DNA from: Basidiobolus meristosporus CBS 931.73 | Lineage: Eukaryota > Fungi > Basidiobolomycota | Direction of reading: 5' to 3' | Assembly (NCBI GenBank): GCA_002104905.1 | Contig: MCFE01000064.1 | Coordinates: 124,001-188,000 of the forward strand | Length of the DNA stretch: 64,000 nucleotides | Part shown: in pieces, positions 24,575 to 36,811 of the stretch | Position numbering within the stretch: position 1 is the first letter of the stretch | Layout of the letters: every line of letters begins with the position of its first letter | The notes under the pieces: model-generated | The model's database searches: none | Told to the model about the DNA's origin: nothing | The model's input: only the letters and a program-made list of their open reading frames with translations | Position numbers and translations under genes: made by a program

Positions 24575-25750
24575 GTGCAGTGGAGGAATTGTTGATGTGT
24601 TTGGCGTTTGGATGGTTGATATGGTAGTGTGTATGCGTGGGTGGTTTGACGCATGAGCTTACTCTGCATTGCTGTTGATTGCTGCTGATCACAGCCAGAT
24701 CAAGAAATCATTGGCTCGTGGAGAATTATTGATAAGTGCTCACTTACATCAGCATTACCCTTCAACAGTGTCAGCAGATTGGGGAATGTCGGAATCATGT
24801 CGTATATTCTCCACGACAACCTCCACATCCACACTCACGCCAGCAAATGATCTGAATGGTCCAATATTCAACCATTCCGCAATCCACCCTGGTTGAGGCT
24901 GTCTCTGGCTTGGTGGCGAGGGCCACATATAAAGAGCATATATCCCACCAGCTCTCTCTTTCCCCACTCTTCCCACCTTCCCACCTTCCCACCTATTAAG
25001 CAATACATCAGCCACATCATAGAACTAGTAATACATAACACAGATATGAAGCGATCCCCTCAAAATCCGGCTTGCAAGGAGTACTACACGCCAGTGTGTG
25101 AGGCTCTGAAGAGGAGAGAAAAGCAAAGTCGAGTTAGACGACCACCCCACTCGAAATCAGGAGATACTGTAAGTGCGAATATTTATGGACGAATCGCTGG
25201 TTAGTACAAAGGGCTAAACTGAACGCCACCTAACCCCTTCAGCGTGCAAGAAGGAGAAGTAGTGCCTCCGCCACACTGAGTGAACAGGCACTGGAGTTGC
25301 TGCAGAAGGAAGCATTTATGGAACTACGAAGGCAAATCCAGGGCTACAACGAACAACTAGTTGCACGGATGAGATATGTTGAAGCACTTCCTCTTGAGGA
25401 GCAACACTCCTGGCTTGAGGCGATTGTGCGACAAGACCAGCACATGGACGAGGATGAGGATGTTGAGATTCTCATTGAGGCCATGCAGGAGTCGGCCACA
25501 ACCAAGGACTACTCGGCGATCACAGAGTGGCAGGAAAGCAGAGCATGTGAGCCCAATGAGTGGTTGAGCATATCGAGCGAAGAGTGGAGCAATTATATGC
25601 AGTAGCCATCTCAAAAAGGAGACTAGTGTAAATATTAGGCCAGTTTCAATCAGCTGGTAGGAGAGATAGGCACCCACATGTATTGCACACCACTACCCAT
25701 TGATTGACAATAGTCCTTGGTAGAACTTTGTATTATACATTATACTTGTA
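24575..25750 (+). repeat. ~1.2-kb direct repeat unit carrying the orphan gene; second copy ~35505-36680
   Basis: High identity in the core, decaying at both edges. Confidence 0.85.
25046..25605 (+). CDS. Orphan 161-aa protein, copy 1 (exons 25046-25168, 25243-25605)
   Basis: 74-nt GTAAGT...CCTAAC...CAG intron joins two in-frame exons; TATA-like CATATAAAG at ~24926; frame conserved in the second copy. Confidence 0.7.
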
Positions 25751-27424
25751 ACTATATCAAAGCATTTATTTACACATTCCTTGAAATTTACTTCTATGGT
25801 AGCTGATCAAGTGGATATCATTCAGAAGAACAAAGTTAACCACTTGAAACAATGCTTTCATTAGTAACAGATATGGATGTTATCAGATTTTCAACTGGAG
25901 CTTTAGATCTTATAGCCATTATGGCAGGTTCTCAGGATATGAGCTTTCTCTAAGCTACATAGACATGTTGCAATATTCTGAGGAGTATTGGAAGTGATGT
26001 GGAGAACTAGAGGATTTACTTTTTATTCACTTGTATATTTATTGATCAAATACTTTTGATAAAGTAGAGCAAACAAACATGCAGAGTCTGTTAAGGAAGG
26101 TCCCAAGAATATGTGTGCAAAGCTTGGAGGCTTTTGGACAACTTTAAGAAAGATCATAATCTGGGTACCTGATAATTTGGTGATAACATTTCAAGTAAAT
26201 CCCAAAAAAAATTTGGCCAGGACAAAATGCTAATCAAAGAATAAAATCTGTGTGACTAAGTCAGCATGAATATTTAGGTGGCAACTTAATAATTACAACA
26301 AAGCAAACTACTTTGGGTGCAGGAATCTTAGAGATACTGCTGGCAATTGGGAAACAGGCAAGTTAGGTGGCTTTCATTCAACAACTTACTGAACACCAAA
26401 GAGGCATCTTAACTTTTACAGGGTCTTGAGTATCAACTTTAGTTCTTATCATTGCTTACTAAAGCATGCTCATTCTTCCTCCTATCAAATCCTAGCTTTT
26501 TTAAGAGTGCCGGCTTAAGTCATAGCTTTAAAGTAAACTTTAGACATCAGTAGGTCCAGCAACTGCTAGTATCAGACAGATGGAAACACACCTTGTTGCC
26601 ACTTCAAAGGTTTTAGTATAGTCCAGTCTATTTGTTTCAGAGGTCCTTTTGCAACAAATTGCTTTTGTTGTTAGTTTTGTATTTACACCTGAATACTCAC
26701 TTATCTTGGTCATTTATAATTATTACTTATAAATCTTAAAGAATTCTGTTCAAATTCCTTGACAGAACTTACTTGGAATGATTTCACCAAAATATTGGAT
26801 ACCCAAAGCATAAGATTTTCAAAGCTATCTAAAAAACCCTAAACCTTGCACACATATTCTTGGGACCTTTCTAAGCATATGGAGTGTGTTTGTCTTAAGA
26901 CAATGTCAAAATATATATACAACTTTTACATTGAACTATCATTAAGTGAAACCACATATTCTACTTATTCTCCAATCACTTCCAATATCTTCAAGCTTTA
27001 CAATAGGCTATGAGCTCCAAGCTGTCACTCACTACAATGTCTTCTGCTACTATTACCAAAATGTTTCCCTCTGCTGAAAAGTTGGATGGATCCAACTACC
27101 AAGTCTGGAAGGTAAAGATGAAGATGCTATTACAGTAAGAGGCCTTTGGATATTGTTATGGGAGAAAATGCCCTCCTAAAGGTGTAAGAGAAGAAGCCTT
27201 AGAGTACCAGAAGAAAGAGAAAAGTGCCTTTAACTGCATTTGCCTTGACATTAGAGACAAATTACTAATTCAATGCTCACAAGCAAAAGTCACAAAGAGT
27301 GACTGAAGGCACCAGAAAACACCTACCAGTCATGTTCAGCTACCAAGCAAATATATCTTAGACAAAAACCTCTTACTACCAAGATGCTCCTTGGAGGAGA
27401 TATAAAAAATTGGACTGACTCAAT

Positions 27425-30400
27425 TGTTGTAAGAGTCTTGGAGATATTGGAAGCAAATTGGGAGGACAAGTGGATTATGTGGTTTTCACTTGATGATTAA
27501 TTGAATTTAAAAGCAGTATTTATACTTTTACATGGTCTTGGCATAGCAAACTCATTGAATAGGTTAAGGAAGGTCCTAAAAGCATGTGCGCAAAGTTTGG
27601 GGCTGTTTGGACAACTCTGAGAATTTTCATTTTCTGGTAAATATTCCAACTATTTCCCAACAAGGAATATGGGCAGTATTCTCTATGATTTGAAGGTAAT
27701 GATCTATGCAACTCAGTTAGGTAAATATTTAGGTGGAATTCCAAGTTTTTTCAACACTCCCACTCAGCTAAATGCTCATACTGACTAGTATTAATTTTGG
27801 TCTAAGATATTCAAACTTGTCTTTAGCTACTGGTTTGGTAAATATGTCTGCAATCATTTCATTTGAAGGACAGTAAGCCAAGCTAACTAAGCTATTCTCT
27901 ATAGCTTCACTTATGAAATGATGTCTAGTATCTATGTGCTTAGTTCTAGCATGAAAAGTTGGATTTCTACCTAATTGTATGATTCCTTGATTATCTTGAA
28001 GTAAAGTAATAGATGTTTTTGACATAGGCCTAAATCTGTAAAAAGCTTTCTTAGCCACATTACTTCTATTGTAGCTTCACAGGCTACCATATACTCTGCC
28101 TCTGTGGTGGAAAGTGCTACAGTTGGTTGCTTTCTTGAATTCCATGAAATTGCTCCTTTACAGTAAAGAAAGGTTTATCCTGTGGTGGATCTTCTGTCTT
28201 CTAAATTTTGTCCCCAACCAACATCACAGTATCCCACAAGATCCTGTTCTGAATCCTTATAAGTGTATCTTAAGCAGATATCAGCAGTTCCTTTTAGATA
28301 TCTAAAAATCTGCTTAATTGCTGCAATATGATCAGATCCATGGTTCTGATTATTCTGGCTGACCACTCCCACAAAATATGAGTTATCTAGACATGTTCCA
28401 AGCATGATACACATGAGACTGCTCTTGGTGATTGTTTGAGACCATATAGAGATTTTTGAAGCTTGCAGATCAAATGGGGGTTATCTAGGTCAACAAGCCC
28501 ATCAGGCTGGTACATATACAGGTCCTCATCAAGTTCTCCATTCAAAAATGCAGCTTTACATCCATTTGATTTATAAAAAACTTATATTTGGCTGCAATAG
28601 CCAATATCAATCTGATGGAATTAAACTTGGCTACTGGTGTAAAAGTCTCTGTATAGTCAAGTCCTCTTGTTTGAGAGTATCCTTTGGCCATAAGTCTTGC
28701 TCTGTGTCTTTCAATTGTGCCACCAGCCTTGTACTTTGTCTTAAAGACCCATTTGCATCCAATTGATTTTTAGTTGATTGGTCATTGGACCAAGTCCCAA
28801 GTTTGATTTTCCATCATGGCCTGATATTGCTCAGTCATTGCAGGTCTCCAAAACCATGTCTGAGGGCTATTTAGGGCCTCTTTTACAGTCTGGGGCTCAT
28901 CAATATGGTCTGAAGAGGCATAGGCTAAGTTTGTACCCTCCTTGATATAGTAATTTGGGCTATTTCTTGTCTGGTTAGATCTCCAGGCATTTGATACTAA
29001 AATGATCACTTTGGGGATATTCTGGGCACTGCTTCAGACTGAACTGCAGTTGTAGAGTCCTCTGGAGTGAGAATGCTCTCATTGTTTTGCTCTGAGTCAA
29101 TCCTGACTATTGGTGGACTTGAGATCAAGTTTTTGTGATCAGATGTCATTTTTTGTGAGAATTTTGAATTTTCATCAGACAACACATCCCTGGACCTGCT
29201 CAGCTTCTTTGCTTTGATATTGTAGAGTCTGTATGCCTTACTCTCATTGCAGTTGCCCAAAAATATGAGTTTTACACTTTTTGGTTCAAATCTGACTGAT
29301 TTCCAGACAGTTTCTTGGCACATGCTGTACACCCAAATATTCTTAGATGTTCTGCACTTGGTCTGTGTCCATACCATGCTTCAAATGGAGTAGAATCACA
29401 AAGTACTCTGTTATAAATCCTGTTCTCAAGGTATACAGCTGTGGCAACTGATTCTGCCCAAAAAGCATAAAATAATTTTTGACCATGGATCATTGATCTT
29501 GCCACATCAATTATTAGTCTGTTTGCACATTCTGCTACTCCATTTTGCTGTGGGGAGTAGGGTACAGTAGTCTCTTGCTTTATCCCATGAATTTTGCAGA
29601 TGTGGAGGAAGATCTTTTAAGTTATATTCTCCATCATTGTCTGAGCATATTTTCTTGATTTTTCACTAGTTTCTCTCTCCATCATGGCTATAAACTCCCT
29701 GGACAGAGCTTCTTCCTTTCTCTCCATGAAGTAGACCTACATGTATCTTTTATAGTCATCAACAAAGATGATTAAATACTTCATCCTGCTTAATGATGAA
29801 TTTTGCATAAGTCCACACAGATCTGGGTGAATTAGATCCAATTTCTCTTAGCTTTGATTAACCCAGAGCTCTTGAACAGTTGTCTGGCTTGTTTCCCTTA
29901 TATTCAGGCTTCACAGTGCTCCAAACTAGCTGGGGGAGCAATTTTTACTCTGGAAGTTAGCTGATATTGGATCATTTTGCACAAATAATCAATATTGATG
30001 TGTCCGAATTACCTCTGCCAAAGCATTGGTGTTTCTTCATTCAAGTTTCTTATATTGGCTTCCATATATGATGGAATATAAGTCAACTTGTATCAATTCT
30101 GATATCTGATACCCAAAGCAATATGGGCACCATTTTGATCAGTGATCCCACATACACAATTGTCAAAGCTGACACTGAGTCCTTCTGCAGTGGCCTTGCT
30201 TACAGATAGAAGATTCTTGGCAATTCCTGGTACTTAGAGTACTGCTGAGAAGGTCAGTGTATGGCTTCCTTCACTGCCCCTAAGGTATACTTGGATAGTT
30301 CCTTCTCCTACTGCATCAAGTGGTTTATTGCCACCCATAAAAACTTTCATAATTGGAATTTCTTGATATTGGGTAAAAAGTTCTTTTTGGTGTGTAAAGT

Positions 30401-31988
30401 GTTGAGATGCTCTGGAATCAATATACCACATCTGAGATTACATGATTGTGGTCATATTTAGTGTAGATACAAATAGTCTATCATCTGATGTTGCAACATT
30501 TCCATATTCAGGCTTCTTTTGCTGATTATCTCTCTTTTTGCAATACCAATCTTGTGTGTGTCCTTTCCTTTTACAGTAGTTGCAAAACAGGTTGCTGTTG
30601 CCTTTGTAGTGTCTTGGGTACCTCCTTTGTTGGTTGTCATTGCTTATTATAGCATTTTCTGTTGTAAAATTTACAATCCACCTAAATATTCACCAAACTT
30701 AGTCATTTCAATCAGTACCTTCAAATCCTAGAGAGTACTCAACATATTCCTTGTTGGGATTTACTTGGAATATTTTCACCAAAACACCAGGTACCAAGAA
30801 CATGAAAATTCTCAAAGTTGTCCAAACAGCTTCAAACTTTGCACACATGCTCTTGGTACCTTCCTTAACCTATTCCACATGTTTGTTATGGCCAAGACCA
30901 TGTAGAAGTATAATTGCCACTTTTACATTCAATAAATCATTAAGTGAAAACCACGTAATCTACTTGTCCTTACAAATCACTTCCAATATCATCAAGATTC
31001 TTACAAGATTTTCCTCTTCCTTCTTAGTGGCAATTTATTTTCTTAATTCTTCATCCTGGAGCCTGCAATATATGTAATTATGGTCAAATCTTTGGCTCTA
31101 GACCCCAGGGCTGATGCAAGGCCCTGAAACCAGTCTATCAGACTATTCAGGATGGTTGCTATCACATCCTCATCAGTAGTGGGTATAGCCACAGATTCCC
31201 TCTCATCCACCAGCAGGGTAATTCTGTTAATTAGAATTTATATTTTTTCTGCAGGCAGCATCTTTGTAGTAAAAATTTCTGTCCAAGATAAGTTCTCTTG
31301 GCAGCTGAACATGACTGATAGGTGTCTTCTAATGCCTTCCAGGCATTCTTTGCTGCTTTGCTCTTGCACATTGAATTTGCAATTTGTCTTTGACATTAAT
31401 GCAAATGCAGTTAAAGGCACATTGTTCTATCTTCTGGTACTTTAAGGATTCCTCTCCCACGTTGTTAGGAGGGCATTTGTCTCCTATAACAATATCCCAA
31501 AAGCCTCTTTCTGTAGCAGCATCTTCATCTTCACCTTCCACACTTGGTAGTTAGAACCATGTAACTTTTCTGCAGAGGGAAAAGTTCCAGTAATAGCAGT
31601 AGTGGACATTACAGAGAGTGATAGCTTGGGGCTCATAACCTTTTGTAAGAATCTTGGAGATATTGGAAGTGATTGGGAGAACAAGTAAATTATGTGGTTT
31701 GCACTTAATGATTTATTGAATGTAAAAATACTATTTATACTTTATATAGTCTTGCCATTTCAAACACAAAGAATAGGCTAAGGAAGGTCCCAAGAAAACA
31801 TGTGCAAAGCTTGGGGCTGTTTGGACAACTTTGAGAATTTTCATGTTCTGGGTGCCTGGAATTTTGGTGAAAATATTCTAATTAAGTCCCAACAAGGAAT
31901 TTGATCAGTATTCTCTGGGACCTGAAGGTAATGATCTAAGTGACCAAGTTGGGTGAGTATTTAGGTGAAATTGCAAATCTTTACAACA
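27425..31988 (-). mobile_element. Decayed Copia element nested in the gag of the older copy
   Basis: 3' LTR from 27425 with PPT (reverse complement of CTCCCACTC at ~27757), RT partly deleted, gag, PBS GGGCTCATAACC at 31629-31640, 5' LTR to 31988; flanks TCAAT/ACAAT (4/5 TSD). Confidence 0.85.
30660..31008 (+). mobile_element. Solo Copia LTR (349 bp) nested in the minus-strand element
   Basis: TGTTGTAAAA...TTACAAGA with perfect TSD TTTTC (30655-30659, 31009-31013). Confidence 0.88.
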
Positions 31989-33859
31989 ACAATTACCCTG
32001 TTGGAAGATGCAATGTAATCTGTGGGGATAAAAGATACTACCAAAGATGTGGTAGTTTCCCTCCTGAATAGTCTGACAGACAAGTTACTGCAAGGCATTT
32101 ATATCATTCATATAGTTCAGAACTGAGGATTTGACCTTAAATTATGTCTATGAAAGGCCTCTGGATGAGGAATCAAAAATATCAAGTGCCACCAAGAAGG
32201 AAGAAAAAAAAGCTTTAATAAGTAATAATGACCATAAGAGTGTTGTTAAAATTTGTAATCACACATAAATACTGACCTGGCTAGTCACTTAGATCATCAC
32301 CTACATATCTAAGAGTATACTGACCAACTACCTTGTTAGGATTTACTTAATGTAGTAGCACCAAAACATCCAATACCCAGAACATGAAGTTTTGAGAAGT
32401 TGTCCAAGCAGCCCCTAGCTTTGTATACATGCTCTTGGGACCTTCCTAAGCATATTTGGTATGTTTGTTATGCCAAGATCATGTAAAAGTATAATTTCTA
32501 CTCTTACATTAATAAATCATTAAGTGAAAGCAAGATAATCTACTTGTTCTCCCAATTGACTCAAATACCTCCAAAACTCTTACAGCATTAAGAAGGTTAG
32601 CATGGGAGACAGTTAAACTCTTGATGCAGCTGGACAGGGAGCTAACCAAGCAAACCTCCAAAGAAATGAAGGAAGGCACACACTTATCTTCAAAGATGTA
32701 TTCCATATATCAGAAATAGACAAGATTGTATTAGCCATAGCTTGGGCCACCACAGAAGGACTCAGCTGCAGAATAGACAATTCTGAAAGCAGGCCCACTG
32801 ATATAGTGATACCTGTATTCCCTTTGAGTACTAGAGATTGAAATTTACACCAGTTTACTGAAGTTTTGTCATATATGGAAGCCCATATAGGTAACTTAAA
32901 TGAAGAGGCACCAATGCTTTGGCACCAGAGATTTGAACTAACCAGCAGTATCAATTATTGCAAAATGATCAAAAATCAGCCAATTTTCAGAGTAAAGCTG
33001 ATCCCAGAGCAAACTTATGCACAATTTATCCTTAAATAGAAAGAAGTATTTATTCACATATGTTGATGATGATGCATCATATATATGGGCCTACTTCACA
33101 CAGTGAAAGAAAGAATCTCTGTCTAGGCTTAGGGAGCTTCAGGCCTAGGCTGAAAGAGAAACTGGCCAGAAATCATGAACATCTACACTGAAAATGATGG
33201 AGAATATACCTCAAAGATTCTCATCCACTCCTGAAAAATTAATAGAATCAAGCAAGATATTACAGCACCATACTCCCCACAGCAAAACAGATTATCAGGC
33301 CATGCAAAACCACCAATAACTGGTATGGCAAGATCTATGATCTATGATAAAAAATATCCTAAAATTTTGGACAAAGTCAGTTTCTACAGCTGTATTTCTT
33401 AAACATAGGAGTTGTAACAGAATAATTATAATTATACACTGTTGATGGATTGGTATAGATACAAATCAAGTGCAGAGTACCTAAGAATATATGTTTGCAT
33501 AATATATGCCAAAACATCACCTAGGAACAAGTAAAACTTGAGCCAAATGGTGTCAGAGCATGTCTTGAGCTACTTAAATGAGAGTAAGGCATACAAACTC
33601 AACAGTGCCAAGGTATAAAAGCTAATCAAGTCCAGGGATGTGTTAATTATTGAAACTTCAGAATTCTCACAAATCACAACATTGGAAGATGGCAAATATC
33701 CACTCTCAAGTCTGCCAATAGTCAGGATTAAATCACAGCAAAAGAGTGCAGTTTCTGCACTCCAGAGGACTTTGACATTGTGGTTCAGCCTGAATCAGTG
33801 TCTTTAAATACTTCAGGAGTGCTTGTTCCAGTCTCATCAGGCAGAAAATCCAACTGAAA

Positions 33860-34880
33860 TAGAACAAGTAGATTATGTAGTTTTCACTCTATGATTCTTA
33901 GAATGTTAAAGTAAGATTTATACTTCTATACAGTGATGGAGGAACAGACACATGGAATAAGCTTAGATATTTCCTAAGAGAGATTGTGTTAAGTTTGGGA
34001 CTGTTTAAACAACAAATCAAAACTTCATGTTCTGGATACCTGATGTTTTGGTGAGAGATATTCAAAGGGAATCCCAACAAGGAATTTGGTTAGAACTCTC
34101 CAAGACTTGCAGATAATGAATGAAGTGACTAGGTTGGATGGATATCTAGGTGATATTATAAAACTTACAATGTGATCCATCCTGCTTTTCAGCAGAGGGA
34201 GAGTTTCTTGTAATAACAGTGATAGAGATTCCAGAGAGTGCCTGCTTGGAGCTCATAAGCTTTTGCAGGAGTTTTGGAGATATTGAAGGTGGCAGGGTAG
34301 ACAAGTGGATTATGTGGTCTCACTTAATGGCTAATTGAATATAAGGGTAGTATTCATACTTTTAGATGATATTGGCAGAGCAATCCCTATGTGAGGTCTG
34401 AAAGTTGGAGCTCATTGAGTTTTTAGCTTTTATTTTGCTGACATTCTTATAGAATTCTGCTGGTATTCAGTTGGTGTTTCCGCTCCAAATTTTCATTTGC
34501 AATTTTGGTGGAAGTAATGGGTAGCTGATTACCAAGTTTGGTATGAATGCTAGTTGGTCTGGTCTCCCCTGCAAAGGATATCTGCTTGTCTGCTGTGTAG
34601 CTATTACCTGAGATATTGAGAGTTGCCACTTTTGGGAAAGACAGAATTCAGCTAATATTAAAATGGTGCTCTGCTGGCCTTTGTTAATTTTTTTCTTGGG
34701 GAATGTGAAGAGTATGTAGAAAAGGTTCTAGGAATATGTATGCAAAGTATGGGCTGTTTAGAAAACTTTGAGGTACTTTATGTTCTGGTTACCAGATATT
34801 ATGGTGAGCCTATTACAAGTAAATCCTGACAAGAAATTTGGGCAGAATTTAGGTGCAATCATAAAATTTACTACAACTGG
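33860..34880 (-). mobile_element. Further degenerate Copia LTR fragments
   Basis: AAGTAGATTATGT..TTTTCACT, AATCCC..CAAG.AATTTGG and TTTAGGTG motifs of the family LTR; a similar fragment lies at ~26030-26300. Confidence 0.7.
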
Positions 34881-35977
34881 GTGTACCAGTAGAGTATCAT
34901 TGGAATACCATAGGTTAGCCAGATAAGCATTGTATGAAGTACGAGGTTGAAAACTTTCACAAGGCTGTATTGATTATGCACCACTTGAAGAAGTTTCATG
35001 AACTGATTTACAATGATCATCTCTCATGAGGTATCAAAGCAAATACTACTACCTAATCCATACAGGCCAAATACAGGCAGCCATTTATGTGGTAGGTACA
35101 CAGGCCATCTTTGAACTAGAGAGTAGGAATATAAACTCGAATATAGAAGAGGGCAATGAGATTAGCTAGAGTGTTCAGTCCCCTTCACATTGCTAATCCC
35201 GCCATGGTATATATTTTATTATATTCTACCCTGTTAAAATTTTTGGCTAGTTGATCGTACGTGGTTTAGTCAGTTTAGTTTTCCATCAAGCAGGTCATCG
35301 TGAGTGTTGGTTGCAAATGGAACTACAGATACTTTCCAAATCTATTCCGCGGTTTAGAATGTAGAAAATAGGCCAGATGTGCCCCCAATTAAGAACGGCT
35401 AGCCTTTAAACCAGATGCTTGCTATCCACCCAAAAGTCCCCATTCTACTAGTGCTGGCCCCATATTGTTGATCGTTGTGCTACGCCTGCCTCTTTATCAA
35501 TAGTCAGTGCGGTGGGAGAATTGTGCATCTATTAGGTATTCGTGTGGCTGATATGGTGGTGTCAGTAGGAGTGTGGTTTGGTGTGTGAACTTGCTTTGCA
35601 TTGCTGTTGATTGCTGCTGATTACAGCCAGATCAAGAAATCATACGCTTATGGAGAATCGTCGAATAGTGCTCACTTACATCAGCATTACCTTTCAACCG
35701 TGTCAGCAGATTAGGGAATGTCGGAATCATGTCGTATATTCTCCATGACAATCTCCACACCCACACTCACGCCAGTAAACGATCTGAATGATCCAGTGTT
35801 CAACCATTCCGCAATCCACTCTGGTTGAGGCTGTCTCTGGCTTGGTGGCGAGGGCCACATATAAAGAGCATATATCCCACCGGCTCTCTCTTTCCCCACT
35901 CTTTCCACCTTCCCACCTTCCCACCTATTAAGCAATACATCAGCCACATCATAGAACTAGTAATACCTAGCACAGAT

Positions 35978-36537
35978 ATGAAGCGATCTCCTCAAAACCC
36001 GGCTTGCGAGGTGTACTACATGCCAGTGTGTGAGGCTCTGAAGAGGAGAGAAAAGCAAAGTCGAGTTAGACGACCACCCCACTCGAAATCAGGAGATACT
36101 GTAAGTGAAAATATTTATGGGCGAATCGCTGGTTAGTACAAAGGGCTAAACTGAGCGCCACCTAACCCCTGCAGCGTGCAAGAAGGAGAAGTAGCGCCTC
36201 CGCCACACTGAGTGAACAGGCACTAGAGTTGCTGCAGAAGGAAGCATTTATGGAACTACGAAGGCAAATCCAGGGCTACAACGAACAACTGGTTGCACGG
36301 ATGAGATATGTTGAAGCACTTCCTCTTGAGGAGCAACACTCCTGGCTTGAGGCGATTGTGCGACAAGACCAGCACATGGACGAGGATAAGGATGTTGAAA
36401 TTCTCATCGAGGCCATGCAAGAGTCGGCCACAACCAAGGACTACTCGGCGATCACAGAGTGGCAGGAAAGCAGAGCATGTGAGCCCAACGAGTGGTTGAG
36501 CATATCAAGCGAAGAGTGGAGCAATTATATGCAGTAG
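35978..36537 (+). CDS. Orphan 161-aa protein, copy 2 (exons 35978-36100, 36175-36537)
   Basis: Same structure as copy 1; the exon-2 differences are 8 synonymous and 1 non-synonymous. Confidence 0.7.
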
Positions 36538-36811
36538 CCATCTCAAAAAGGAGACTAGTGTAAATATTAGGCCAGTTTCAATGAGCTGGGAGGAGAGATA
36601 GGCACCCACATGTACTGCACACCACCACCCATATATTGGTAATTATCCTTGGTAGGATTTGTAACATGCATTTTAGTTGTAATTAGTTTAGAGCGATCCA
36701 TTCTATTCATTCAATATTCGGACAGTCAGATAATCGCATTACTTATTAGGGGTGCTATCTACAATATAATTATAGGGTTTGAGATAAGCTATTTTCATTC
36801 CCGCAACTAGT

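Larger units (their letters stand above)
26666..33850 (+). mobile_element. Old, heavily decayed Copia element (host of the nested insertions)
   Basis: 5' LTR ~26666-27005, PBS relic GGCTATGAGCTCC at 27006, gag to 27424 resuming at 31989, pol/integrase relics to ~33850; extra LTR at 32241-32587. Confidence 0.75.

Noticed and set aside
6857-34700. Giant element bounded by the inverted ~270-bp repeats
   Set aside because: It would enclose core housekeeping genes; the repeats are diverged and no TSD or mobiliser was seen.
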